DNA from: Dehalococcoidia bacterium
GTDB taxonomy: Bacteria; Chloroflexota; Dehalococcoidia; Bin125
DNA length: 64,000 nucleotides
Reading direction: 5' to 3'
Assembly (NCBI GenBank): GCA_963555985.3
Contig: OY820591.1
Coordinates: 1,472,001-1,536,000, forward strand
The notes under the pieces were generated by a model that saw nothing but the letters and a program-made list of their open reading frames with translations, had not been told where the DNA came from and ran no database searches. The translations under genes were made by a program, and so were the position numbers. This document shows, in pieces, positions 54,849 to 64,000 of the stretch (positions are counted from its first letter, which is position 1; each line of letters opens with the position of its first letter).

Positions 54849-57554
54849 ATGACGACCTCGCAGTCACCCTGGCGTTCTGCTCTTGCCGGCGTCGCGGACT
54901 CAAGCGGTGCCGACGACTGGCTGGAAACGCACGACTGGATCGACTCGCTCCGAGATGTTGCGCGCAGGCGCGGATCAGAGCGCGTCTCGCGCCTGTTGCA
55001 GGCGCTTCAGATCGAGGCGCAACGCTCCGGCATTCGCCTCCCGGTCACCTCCCAGACTCCTTACGTCAACACGATCCCGCTGGAGAAACAGCCGCCCTAT
55101 CCGGGTGATGTCGCGCTTGAGCGCCGGATCAAGTCGATCATTCGCTGGAACGCGATGGCCATGGTCGTTGAGGCCAATCAGAACGAGCACGGCATCGGCG
55201 GACACATCTCCACCTATGCCTCCGCCGCGACCCTGCACGAGGTTGGCTTCAACCACTTCTTCCGCGGCCAGGATCATCCCTGCGGCGGCGATCTCGTCTA
55301 CTTCCAAGGCCATTCCGCGCCCGGAATCTATGCGCGCGGATACGTCGAAGGCCGCCTCACCCCGCAACAGTTGCACGGCTTCCGCCGTGAGCTTTCCGGC
55401 GGTTTGCCCTCATATCCCCATCCCTGGCTCATGAACGACTACTGGCAGTTTGCCACCGTCTCAATGGGCTTGGGACCGATCCAGGCGATCTACCAGGCCC
55501 GATTTATCCGCTACCTCGAGAATCGCGGTCTGATCCCTCGCACCGATCGCAAAGTCTGGTGCTTCCTCGGCGACGGCGAGACCGACGAGCCGGAGACTCT
55601 CGGCTCGATCGCCCTCGCCTCGCGCGAGTCGCTCGACAATCTGATCTTCGTGGTCAATTGCAACTTGCAGCGCCTCGATGGCCCGGTGCGCGGCAATGGC
55701 CAAATCATCCAAGAATTGGAGTCCGTCTTCCGAGGTGTTGGCTGGCACGTAGTCAAAGTGCTCTGGGGCAGCGAATGGGACGAGCTCCTGGCTCGCGACG
55801 AGCATGGCTTGCTCGTCCAGCGGATGGGCGAAGTCGTTGATGGCGAGTACCAGAAGTACACCGTCGCCGGCGGCGCCTACATCCGCGAGAACTTCTGGGG
55901 CGTCGATCCACGCCTGCTGCAAATGGTCGAAGACATCTCCGACGATGAACTCTGGCGGATGAGACTGGGCGGGCACGATCCCCACAAGGTCCATGCCGCC
56001 TACGCGGACGCTGCCGCGCACAAAGGCGCGCCGACGGTCATTCTCGCCCGCACGATCAAGGGTTACGGACTCGGCGAGGCTGGCGAAGGCCGCAATATCA
56101 CCCACCAGCAGAAGGAGCTCAACGAGCGCGAACTGATGCAGTTCCGCGACCGATTCGCAATTCCCCTCTCCGACGCCGAAGTGGTTGGCGCGCCGCTCTA
56201 TCGGCCCGCTCATGACAGTGCCGAGTCGCAGTACATCGCCCAGCGGCGCGCCGACCTCGGCGGACACGTACCCGAGCGCCGGTCCCCGCCGAGCACGCTC
56301 ACCTCGCCGCCCGACGAGACGTTTGCGGAATTCCTCGAAGGCACCGGCGAGCGCGAAGCCTCGACCACAATGGGCTTCGTCCGCATGTTGAGCCGGCTGA
56401 TGCGTGACCGCGAACTGGGCGAGCGGATCGTCCCAATCGTGCCCGACGAATCCCGAACCTTCGGCATGGAGGGCATGTTCCGCGAGTTCGGCATCTACGC
56501 CTCCACCGGTCAGCTCTATGAGCCGGTCGACTCCGATCGGCTGCTCTACTACAAGGAGTCCCGCGACGGTCAAATCCTCGAAGAGGGGATCACCGAGGCC
56601 GGCGCGATGTCGTCCTTCATCGCCAGCGGTATGGCCTACTCCACCCTCAAGGTGCCGATGATCCCGTTCTTCATCTTCTACTCGATGTTCGGCTTGCAGC
56701 GATTCGGCGACCTCGCCTACGCGGCCGGCGACGCACGCACTCGTGGATTCCTGATCGGCGCGACCGCGGGCCGGACGACGCTGAACGGCGAAGGCCTCCA
56801 GCACCAGGACGGGCACAGCCACTTGCTCGCCTCGGTGATCCCCAACCTGGTCGCCTACGACCCCGCCTATGCCTATGAAGTGGCCGTGATCGTGCAGGAA
56901 GGCATCCGCCGAATGCACGAAGCGAACGAGGACGTGTTCTTCTACATCACCGTTGAGAACGAGGCCTATCGTCAACCCTCAATGCCGGCCTCGGATGATG
57001 TGCGAGACGGAATCCTGCGCGGCCTCTACCAGCTCGATCCGGCCTCGAACGGCAGCGCTCCGCAGGTGCGCCTCTTCGGCAGCGGCCCCATCCTCAACGA
57101 GGTGCGCCGTGCTCAGAAGATCCTGCACGACGACTACGGTGTCAGCGCAGACGTATGGTCGGTCACTTCATACACCGAGCTTCGGCGCGATGCACAGACG
57201 ATTGAGCGCTGGAATCGCCTGCACCCGCTGGAGCAGCCCCGCCGGAGCTATCTCGAAAAGATGCTCGGCGAGAACCCTGCTCCAATCGTCGCTGCCAGCG
57301 ACTACCTGACAGCGCTCCCGGACCTGGTGGGACGCTGGCTCCCCGGCCCGCTGACCGCGCTCGGTACCGACGGCTTCGGCCGCTCGGACACCCGCGCAGC
57401 GTTGCGCGACTTCTTTGAGATTGATGCTCGTCACGTAGCGTGGTCCGCGCTCTCCGCGCTAGCACGCGACGGGATCGTGGATGGCGACGTCCTGATCCAG
57501 GCGCGAGCTGAACTGGACATTGATCCGAACCGCGCCGATCCGATGATGCGCTAG
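54849..57554 (+). CDS. aceE: Pyruvate dehydrogenase E1, homodimeric type
   Basis: YVNTIP, IRWNA, GGHISTYAS, TVSMGLGP, GDGETDEPE, NLQRLDGPVRGN, EGLQHQDGHS, GTDGFGRSDTR. Confidence 0.97.
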   Translation: MTTSQSPWRSALAGVADSSGADDWLETHDWIDSLRDVARRRGSERVSRLLQALQIEAQRSGIRLPVTSQTPYVNTIPLEKQPPYPGDVALERRIKSIIRWNAMAMVVEANQNEHGIGGHISTYASAATLHEVGFNHFFRGQDHPCGGDLVYFQGHSAPGIYARGYVEGRLTPQQLHGFRRELSGGLPSYPHPWLMNDYWQFATVSMGLGPIQAIYQARFIRYLENRGLIPRTDRKVWCFLGDGETDEPETLGSIALASRESLDNLIFVVNCNLQRLDGPVRGNGQIIQELESVFRGVGWHVVKVLWGSEWDELLARDEHGLLVQRMGEVVDGEYQKYTVAGGAYIRENFWGVDPRLLQMVEDISDDELWRMRLGGHDPHKVHAAYADAAAHKGAPTVILARTIKGYGLGEAGEGRNITHQQKELNERELMQFRDRFAIPLSDAEVVGAPLYRPAHDSAESQYIAQRRADLGGHVPERRSPPSTLTSPPDETFAEFLEGTGEREASTTMGFVRMLSRLMRDRELGERIVPIVPDESRTFGMEGMFREFGIYASTGQLYEPVDSDRLLYYKESRDGQILEEGITEAGAMSSFIASGMAYSTLKVPMIPFFIFYSMFGLQRFGDLAYAAGDARTRGFLIGATAGRTTLNGEGLQHQDGHSHLLASVIPNLVAYDPAYAYEVAVIVQEGIRRMHEANEDVFFYITVENEAYRQPSMPASDDVRDGILRGLYQLDPASNGSAPQVRLFGSGPILNEVRRAQKILHDDYGVSADVWSVTSYTELRRDAQTIERWNRLHPLEQPRRSYLEKMLGENPAPIVAASDYLTALPDLVGRWLPGPLTALGTDGFGRSDTRAALRDFFEIDARHVAWSALSALARDGIVDGDVLIQARAELDIDPNRADPMMR

Positions 57555-57565
57555 GGAGAGCGGAT

Positions 57566-58969
57566 ATGGCCGACGCGGCGACGGCGGAGATCATCGACTT
57601 CCTCCTGCCCGATCTCGGTGAGGACATCGAAGAAGCGGACGTGCTCGAGATCCACGTCCGTGTAGGCGACACGGTCGTACTCGAACAGCCGCTGATGGAA
57701 ATCGAGACTGAAAAGGCAACGCTCGATCTGCCCTCGTCCGTAGCTGGCGTCATTACCGCCATTCACGTCTCCGTCGGCGACACGATCAAGCCGGGCGACC
57801 CCGTGATTTCGGTGCGTGCCGGCGTTGCAGCCCAAGCAGCGCCGCCGCCTGAGCCGCCTCAGTCGACATCGCCCCCCCAAGCGGAACCATCCCCGCCAAT
57901 GCCGACCGCAGTTGCTGAACCAGATCACAGCCCTGCAACAGCACCGCCGGCAGAGCCGTCGCCTCCACAGCCTTCAGAGTCAGAGGGGCCTCTAGTCCGT
58001 CCCGCAGCGGTATCACCCTTGCTTGACGGAGAACCGGACGCGCGTCCGGTCTTCGCCTCACCATCTGTGCGGCGTTTTGCCAGAGAGATCGGCGTCGATA
58101 TCCGTTCCGTCACCGGCAGCGGCCCAGGTGGGCGAATCTCCGAGGACGACGTCAAGAACGCATCGCGAGCGCGTCACGCCGCACACGCCGAACCGCGCCG
58201 ACCCGCAACACCCCCTCAATCGCCCCGCGCCCCGGCCCCGCTCCCCGATTTCGCCGAGTTCGGACCGATTGAACGAGTCCCGATGAGCCGCTTGCGCCGC
58301 ACCATCAAGCGCAACATGGCCGTCTCCTGGCACGAAGTGCCGCACGTCACCCTCTTCCACACGGCAGACATCACCGACCTCGAAGACCTACGCCGGCAGT
58401 ATCGCTCTCGCGCTGAAGACGCCGGCGGGCGTCTGACGATCACCGCAATCATGCTCAAGATCGTCGCCGTAGCGCTGAAAGCTCATCCCCACGTCAACAG
58501 CAGCCTCGACGCCGAAGCCGACGAACTGATTCTCAAGCGCTACATGCATCTCGGCGTCGCGGTCGACACGCCTCGAGGACTGGTCGTACCCGTCATTCGC
58601 GATGTCGACAAGAAGAACATCGTCCAAATCGCGGTCGAGCTCACCGACATCTCGGAGCGCGCACGCAGCGGAGACCTCGGACTCGAGGACTTCCGCGGCA
58701 GCAGTTTCACCCTTACCAATCTCGGCGGTATCGGAACAGGACACTTTACGCCGATCATCCACCACCCGAACACAGCGATCCTCGGCCTGGGACGCGCCGA
58801 GCGCCGCGCCGTTTGGTCGGACCTGCGCAATCAGTGGGAGCCGCGCAGCATCATGCCGCTCTCGTTCACGTTCGACCACCGCGTGCTGGACGGTGCCGAC
58901 GGCGCGCGCTTCGCAAGCTGGATCACCGACGCCATCCGCCAGCCGCTCGTCCTGGCGCTTGAAGGGTAG
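57566..58969 (+). CDS. aceF: Dihydrolipoamide acetyltransferase E2 (single lipoyl domain)
   Basis: LPDLGE...IETEKA lipoyl domain, ASPSVRRFARE subunit-binding domain, FDHRVLDG. Confidence 0.94.
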   Translation: MADAATAEIIDFLLPDLGEDIEEADVLEIHVRVGDTVVLEQPLMEIETEKATLDLPSSVAGVITAIHVSVGDTIKPGDPVISVRAGVAAQAAPPPEPPQSTSPPQAEPSPPMPTAVAEPDHSPATAPPAEPSPPQPSESEGPLVRPAAVSPLLDGEPDARPVFASPSVRRFAREIGVDIRSVTGSGPGGRISEDDVKNASRARHAAHAEPRRPATPPQSPRAPAPLPDFAEFGPIERVPMSRLRRTIKRNMAVSWHEVPHVTLFHTADITDLEDLRRQYRSRAEDAGGRLTITAIMLKIVAVALKAHPHVNSSLDAEADELILKRYMHLGVAVDTPRGLVVPVIRDVDKKNIVQIAVELTDISERARSGDLGLEDFRGSSFTLTNLGGIGTGHFTPIIHHPNTAILGLGRAERRAVWSDLRNQWEPRSIMPLSFTFDHRVLDGADGARFASWITDAIRQPLVLALEG

Positions 58970-58975
58970 GCGCGG

Positions 58976-60427
58976 GTGAACGGCGCAGAAGCTCCAGGCA
59001 TCGTTGGCGACGAACGACTGCGAGTCGCTGTCCTCGGAGCCGGGCCAGGTGGATATCCGGCCGCATTCCTCGCCGCCGAGCGAGGTCTCGATGTCACCTT
59101 GATCGATAAAGCCCCCCAGCCGGGCGGTGTCTGTCTCTATGAAGGCTGTATTCCCTCCAAAGCCCTCCTCCACGTCGCCAAACTCCTGCGCGAAGCCGAG
59201 GAAGCCGCCGGATGGGGAATCAGCTTCGGGCCGCCCCGCATCGATCTGGATGAACTCCGCAGCTGGAAAGACGACACAATTCGCAAAATGACCGGCGGAC
59301 TCGGCCTGCTGCGACGGCAGCACAACGTGCGCTACGCCCAGGGCTACGGCCGGATCCGCGACGCCACGCGGCTCAACGTCGAGCACGCCGGCGAGGTGCT
59401 TGAGATCGAGTATGACGCGCTGATCGTGGCGACCGGTTCTTCCCCCTCAATCCCCCCCCCGCTTCAAATTGAGTCCGAACGGATCATGGACTCGACCGCG
59501 GCGCTCTCCCTGCCGGACATTCCCGAGACAATGCTCGTCGTCGGTGGCGGCTACATCGGCCTCGAACTCGGCACGGTCTACGCCGCGCTCGGCACGAGCG
59601 TCACCGTCGTCGAAATGCTGCCTCAGCTCCTGACCGGAGTCGAACGCGAGCTAGTCCGAATCCTGGAGCGCAGTCTCCGCCCGCGGCTATCCGCCATCCA
59701 CGTCAACACCTCCGTGGTCTGCGCAGAAGAAGTCAGCGACGGAATCCAGGTCACGTTGCGAGATCCCGAGGGCGTCGAACGCACCGAGACCTTCGATCGC
59801 GTGCTCGCGGCGACCGGGCGGCGTCCGAATAGCGCCGGACTCGGGCTCGAACGGACTCAGGCGCACGTCGATCCAAGCGGGTTCATCGAGACCGATCGCC
59901 AACGCCGGACGGCGGAACCGACCGTCTTCGCAGTCGGAGATGTGGCCGGGGAGCCAATGCTGGCGCACAAGGCGACCCACGAAGCCTCAGTCGCCGTCGG
60001 CGCGATCTGCGATGAACTGACCTCGTTCGAGCCGCTCGCGGTACCGGCCGTGATCTTCACCGACCCCGAAATCGCTTGGTGCGGCCTATCAGAATCGGAA
60101 GCCATCGCCTTGGACATCAACGCCACGACCGCCAGTTTCCCCTGGGGGGCATTGGGACGAGCAAGCGCCGCCGGCCGCAACGATGGTCTGACGCGGCTAG
60201 TGATCGAGCGCGACACCGAGCGCGTGCTAGGCGTGCAAATCGTGGGCGCTGGCGCTGGCGAACTCATCGGCGAGGGAGTGCTGGCAGTCGAGTTGGGCGC
60301 GCGGACGGCAGACCTGGCCGAATCCATTCACGCCCACCCAACCCTGTCGGAGTCCCTAATGGAGGCGGCCGCAGTGTTCTACGGCCGCAGTCCCCATTAC
60401 CTCAGCCGCCGCTCGGCAAGACGCTGA
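58976..60427 (+). CDS. lpdA: Dihydrolipoyl dehydrogenase E3
   Basis: GAGPGGY, GGVCLYEGCIPSK, GGGYIGLE, MLAHKA, HAHPTLSE. Confidence 0.96.
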   Translation: MNGAEAPGIVGDERLRVAVLGAGPGGYPAAFLAAERGLDVTLIDKAPQPGGVCLYEGCIPSKALLHVAKLLREAEEAAGWGISFGPPRIDLDELRSWKDDTIRKMTGGLGLLRRQHNVRYAQGYGRIRDATRLNVEHAGEVLEIEYDALIVATGSSPSIPPPLQIESERIMDSTAALSLPDIPETMLVVGGGYIGLELGTVYAALGTSVTVVEMLPQLLTGVERELVRILERSLRPRLSAIHVNTSVVCAEEVSDGIQVTLRDPEGVERTETFDRVLAATGRRPNSAGLGLERTQAHVDPSGFIETDRQRRTAEPTVFAVGDVAGEPMLAHKATHEASVAVGAICDELTSFEPLAVPAVIFTDPEIAWCGLSESEAIALDINATTASFPWGALGRASAAGRNDGLTRLVIERDTERVLGVQIVGAGAGELIGEGVLAVELGARTADLAESIHAHPTLSESLMEAAAVFYGRSPHYLSRRSARR

Positions 60428-60455
60428 CCCCACCCTCCGCGATACTGAACTGACC

Positions 60456-61322
60456 ATGTTGATCGAACTTGGCGACCGCACCCTGGACGCGACCGATCGC
60501 TGCCATGTGATGGGCATCCTCAACGTGGCGACCGACTCTCCGGTCGCCGACTCGATCGTCGCCGTCGGCGATGCGCCCCGCCGAGCCGAAGCGATGCGAG
60601 CAGCCGGCGCCTCAATCATCGACGTGGGCGCGCAGTCCACGCGCACTGGAGCGGCAGCGGTGTCCGTTGACGAGGAGATCGCGCGCGTCACCCCCGTCGT
60701 CGAATCCCTCGTGCGCGAAGGTCATCTCGTCTCGGTCGACACCTGGACTGCCCCGGTCGCGCGGGCAGCGGTCAATGCTGGCGCACACCTGATCAACGAC
60801 ATCACCGGCGCCGAACCGGAGACCGTCGCAGTCGCGGTCGAGACAAAGACACCCTTATTGATCATGCACATGCGCGGGCGGCCTCAGCACCACCGCTCCG
60901 AATTGCATGATTATGTCAATGTAGGCGACGAAGTCCGGGAATACCTCTCGCGTCGCGCTCAAGACATCCTCGCCGCTGGCGCGCCGTCAGTCTGGATCGA
61001 CCCCGGCTTCCAGTTCGGCCGCGGCCTCGCTGACAACCTTCGCCTGCTGCTGGATCTACCCAGGCTCTCAGCCCTTGGATATCCGGTCCTGATCTCCGCC
61101 TCGCGCAAGGGTTTCCTCGCTGAGATTCTCGGACACGGCGAACTTCGCTCGCACGACGCCCAGGCCCGCCCCGGGATGCTTGAAGCGACCCTCGGATTCA
61201 ACGTGCTGGCCGCCTGGCTCGGCGCACATGTCGTCCGCGTCCACGATGTCGAGTCCGTCGCCTGGGCGTTGCGCGTATCGGATGCAGCCCGCCGGCAATG
61301 GCGAGCTGACAGCGGATCATGA
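60456..61322 (+). CDS. folP: Dihydropteroate synthase
   Basis: VMGILNVATDS, IDVGAQSTR, SVDT, INDI, IDPG, SRKGF, VRVHDV. Confidence 0.93.
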   Translation: MLIELGDRTLDATDRCHVMGILNVATDSPVADSIVAVGDAPRRAEAMRAAGASIIDVGAQSTRTGAAAVSVDEEIARVTPVVESLVREGHLVSVDTWTAPVARAAVNAGAHLINDITGAEPETVAVAVETKTPLLIMHMRGRPQHHRSELHDYVNVGDEVREYLSRRAQDILAAGAPSVWIDPGFQFGRGLADNLRLLLDLPRLSALGYPVLISASRKGFLAEILGHGELRSHDAQARPGMLEATLGFNVLAAWLGAHVVRVHDVESVAWALRVSDAARRQWRADSGS

Positions 61323-61368
61323 GTTGGGAGTACCCTGAACCGTAGTTGCATTGAGGAGAAGGAAAACG

Positions 61369-61569
61369 ATGCCCGTCTACACCTACCGCTGCGAAACCTG
61401 CGGCGAAGACTTCGAGAAAATCCGCCCCATGTCTCAGGCTGGTGAAGCGCAACCCTGTCCAAAGTGCGAACTGCCCGCAGAACGCAGCGTCGCCGGCGTC
61501 TTCGAGAACAACAGCAGCAAGAACCGTTCGGCCAACTTCCCCAAACGCAAGCGCTACACGAACTGGTAG
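61369..61569 (+). CDS. FmdB-family zinc-ribbon protein
   Basis: MPVYTYRCETCG..FE...CPKC; GAGGAG upstream. Confidence 0.88.
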   Translation: MPVYTYRCETCGEDFEKIRPMSQAGEAQPCPKCELPAERSVAGVFENNSSKNRSANFPKRKRYTNW

Positions 61570-61629
61570 ACATCCCAGTCCAGATCACTCACCGTCCACC
61601 GGAGCGAGTTCACAGGAGCGGAAGCACCC

Positions 61630-62727
61630 ATGTCGCAGCAGCCGCCGGATCCAATTCCGTTCCCACGCCAGCGACCCGGCGTGCCTCCCCGTGGCGCCCC
61701 GCCCCCGCAACAGCCCCCCGCCCAGGGAGGCGCGCCCTCTGGACCCGTCATCTATTCGGCCTCTGGCCAGCCCTTGCGTCGGGTCGCACCGGCAACGCCG
61801 CCCCCGCCGCCGCAACCGGTTGCCTCAAGTCCGCCACCACCGCCCCCGACGGACGACCAAGCCGATGATGCTGGCCTCCACGCTCACGTCGCAGCCGTGA
61901 TCGACGCAACCGACGCCACTTTCCAGCGAGACGTGATCGAGCGCTCGCACGAACTCCCCGTCGTCGTCGACTGCTGGGCGCCCTGGTGCGGACCTTGCCG
62001 CGTCCTCGGACCGATCCTGGAAAAACTGGCCTACGAGCGCGACGGCCAGGTCCAGCTCGTCAAGGTCAACACCGACGAGAACCCCCAAGTCGCCCGCGCC
62101 CTCCAGGTGCAAGGCATCCCCGCCGTCTTCGCCTTCGCCGGCGGAGCAGTGATCAACCAGTTCGTCGGTGCCTTGCCCGAAGAGCAAGTGCGACAGTTCT
62201 TCGATTCCCTCATCCCCTCCGAGGCCGATCGCAAGGCCGCCGAGGGCTATCGAATGCTCCGCGAGAACCAGATCCCGATTGCGCGGCTGCACTTCGAGTC
62301 CGCCCTCTCGGAAGACCCCAACCACGAGATGGCCGGAGTTGGACTAGCCGCAGTCCTGGCCGGAATCGGCGAGACCGAGCGCGCCACTGAACTAGCCGAG
62401 AGGTGGCCGAACAATCCCACCAGCAGAGGCATCCTCGCCTCAATGGCTCTCCGCGCCGCAATGGCCGGCTACGAGCCGGATGAGGTCAGACAAAACGCCG
62501 CGACAATGCCCGATAGCGCCGAAGCTCGCTATCGGCACGGCTGCCTGCTCGCACTCGAAGGTCAGTGGCAAGCGGCGCTCGACGAGTTGCTCGAATCCGT
62601 CCGCCTGGACAAGTTCGCCGCCGACGAAGGCGCGCGCAAACGCCTCCTCGATCTCTTCGCCATGCTCGGAGAAAATCAGCCGGTCGTAGCCGAGTACCGC
62701 CGCCGCCTCGGGCAATTGCTGTTCTAG
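61630..62727 (+). CDS. Thioredoxin-TPR protein (YbbN/CnoX-like) with Pro-rich N-terminal extension
   Basis: WAPWCGPC, VQGIP, TPR-like C-terminus ending YRRRLGQLLF. Confidence 0.9.
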   Translation: MSQQPPDPIPFPRQRPGVPPRGAPPPQQPPAQGGAPSGPVIYSASGQPLRRVAPATPPPPPQPVASSPPPPPPTDDQADDAGLHAHVAAVIDATDATFQRDVIERSHELPVVVDCWAPWCGPCRVLGPILEKLAYERDGQVQLVKVNTDENPQVARALQVQGIPAVFAFAGGAVINQFVGALPEEQVRQFFDSLIPSEADRKAAEGYRMLRENQIPIARLHFESALSEDPNHEMAGVGLAAVLAGIGETERATELAERWPNNPTSRGILASMALRAAMAGYEPDEVRQNAATMPDSAEARYRHGCLLALEGQWQAALDELLESVRLDKFAADEGARKRLLDLFAMLGENQPVVAEYRRRLGQLLF

Positions 62728-62749
62728 CAATCCTTTGAACAAGCCTGAG

Positions 62750-62801
62750 CCCCTCTCCCCCCGCAATGCGGGGGGAGATGTCACGAAGTGACAGAGGCGA
62801 G
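62750..62801 (+). repeat. REP-like palindrome (same family as 7603-7654)
   Basis: CCCCTCTCCCCCCGCAATGCGGGGGGAGATGTCACGAAGTGACAGAGGCGAG. Confidence 0.82.
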
Positions 62802-62835
62802 TCCCTACAGGACTACCCAACCCAAGAGTGAACAA

Positions 62836-63168
62836 CTATCCCTCGTCTGCGTCCGTCCCCCGCGTGTACCACTGTCGCGTCCGCCACCACGGCATCGGGC
62901 GTTCGTCATCCTCCGGCTTGGCTCGATTGCGAATCGCCCAGATGAAGATGACCAGCGTCGCCCCGACAAAGCAGAACGGAATGAAGATCGAGGTCGCAAG
63001 CGTCTCGTCGGAGACGTGGATTCCCTCATCGTCCTCACCACCGGCCGCCGCAATCTGAGGTTCCGATTGCACGAAATCGTCAGCCGCCGTCGCCAGACCG
63101 AGCGCCCCCGCGCTCAGGCCGGTGACGAGCAGCAATGCAAGCAGGAGCCGTTGTAGTCGCGAGTTCAT
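62836..63168 (-). CDS. Small exported/membrane hypothetical protein
   Basis: Signal peptide (MNSRLQRLLLALLLVTG...ATA) plus a C-terminal TM helix. Confidence 0.65.
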   Translation of the reverse strand: MNSRLQRLLLALLLVTGLSAGALGLATAADDFVQSEPQIAAAGGEDDEGIHVSDETLATSIFIPFCFVGATLVIFIWAIRNRAKPEDDERPMPWWRTRQWYTRGTDADEG

Positions 63169-63312
63169 CACAGCCGAGTTGCCCCTCATTGGCTCGGTCC
63201 CGAGCCTGCCTTCGCGTGCGGTCGTGCGCCGCTAGTTTCGCGCCTCTGCCCAACACGGTCAATTCGCGCCGCGCAGCCCCCGCCAACGCCGCCGCACGAT
63301 TAGACTATGCCC

Positions 63313-64000
63313 ATGCACCCACCGACTAAATTCTCCCTACTCGACGCCGACGGCCAGGAACAGCAGTTCCCGCCCGATGGCCCCGTCCTCCTCGCGCTGG
63401 TCAAGGAGGACTGCGACACCTGCAACCTGACCCTGCCGCTGCTCGAAGCCGTTCACCGCGCCACCGACGACGGCCTCGACGTCTGGGTCGCCGTGCAGAA
63501 GCGCGACGACATCGCCGTCCTCAAAGACCGCCACGATCTCACAATGCCGCTCCTCGACGACGACGCCCTCGACCTCTCCTACGAGACCGACATCGACACC
63601 GTGCCCACCCTCTTCCTCTACGACGAATTGCACGAATGCACCCTTGAGACCTTCGGCTTCGACAAGCACGAGTGGCGCGAGATCAGCAACGAGGCCATGA
63701 CCCTCTCCGGCCAACCGGGCCGTGAGATCGGCATTGATTGGGATGCGCTGCCCGCGCAGCGCCCAGGCTGCGGCGCGCGCAACTACGAACCCGGCGTCTA
63801 CGAACGACTCCAGGCCCTCAAAAGCGGCGACCTGCTCTCCCGACTCGTCGATCTCGCCTCCAGCGACGACATCCACGACTTCATGTACGACCAGGGCTAC
63901 ACCGACGGCTTCCCCGTCGTCCCGCCGACTCGCGAGCGGGTCTGGAAGATGCTCCAGGGCACCCAACGCGATCCGCAGGAAGAGGTGGCAATCATGCCGC
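63313..64000 (+). CDS. Thioredoxin-like (CxxC) domain fused to a DG(L/F)PVVPPT-family domain; 3'-truncated and absent from the ORF track
   Basis: Manual translation: MHPPTKFSLLDADG...VKEDCDTC...DIDTVPTL...RPGCGARN...GYTDGFPVVPPTRERV; open to the window end. Confidence 0.85.
   Translation, partial: MHPPTKFSLLDADGQEQQFPPDGPVLLALVKEDCDTCNLTLPLLEAVHRATDDGLDVWVAVQKRDDIAVLKDRHDLTMPLLDDDALDLSYETDIDTVPTLFLYDELHECTLETFGFDKHEWREISNEAMTLSGQPGREIGIDWDALPAQRPGCGARNYEPGVYERLQALKSGDLLSRLVDLASSDDIHDFMYDQGYTDGFPVVPPTRERVWKMLQGTQRDPQEEVAIMP

Overview
High-GC bacterial chromosomal segment made mostly of housekeeping genes. The gene set, the large (Alu-containing) SRP RNA and the fibronectin-III surface protein suggest Chloroflexota, probably Dehalococcoidia-like and possibly a marine sponge symbiont; this is inference, not demonstrated. 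Contents: a rearranged translation cluster (pheS-pheT converging on thrS-accC-accB-infC-rpmI-rplT), three tRNAs, an orphan peptide-ABC ATPase pair, lepA frameshifted by a 44-bp tandem duplication, SRP RNA-rsmA-ispE, DnaQ-DinG, cca, rnc, ftsY, dinB, a small accessory islet (PIN toxin-antitoxin plus a mosaic FN3 protein), malic enzyme, lipAB/aceEF-lpd, folP and thioredoxin-family genes. No CRISPR array, integrase, transposase or reverse transcriptase is visible. Most interesting signals: (1) a candidate sphingolipid/ceramide operon (Spt, CerR-like reductase, HAD phosphatase, SRPBCC/START protein, secreted glycoside hydrolase); (2) a dispersed family of intergenic elements built on 10-bp phased repeats, each with promoter-like and LexA-box-like sequences; (3) a 141-bp MITE with IS5-like ends carrying a REP doublet, with both filled and empty target sites in the window; (4) the lepA duplication; (5) a GC-skew reversal and frequent leaderless promoters. 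All calls come from reading motifs by eye; no database searches were run.
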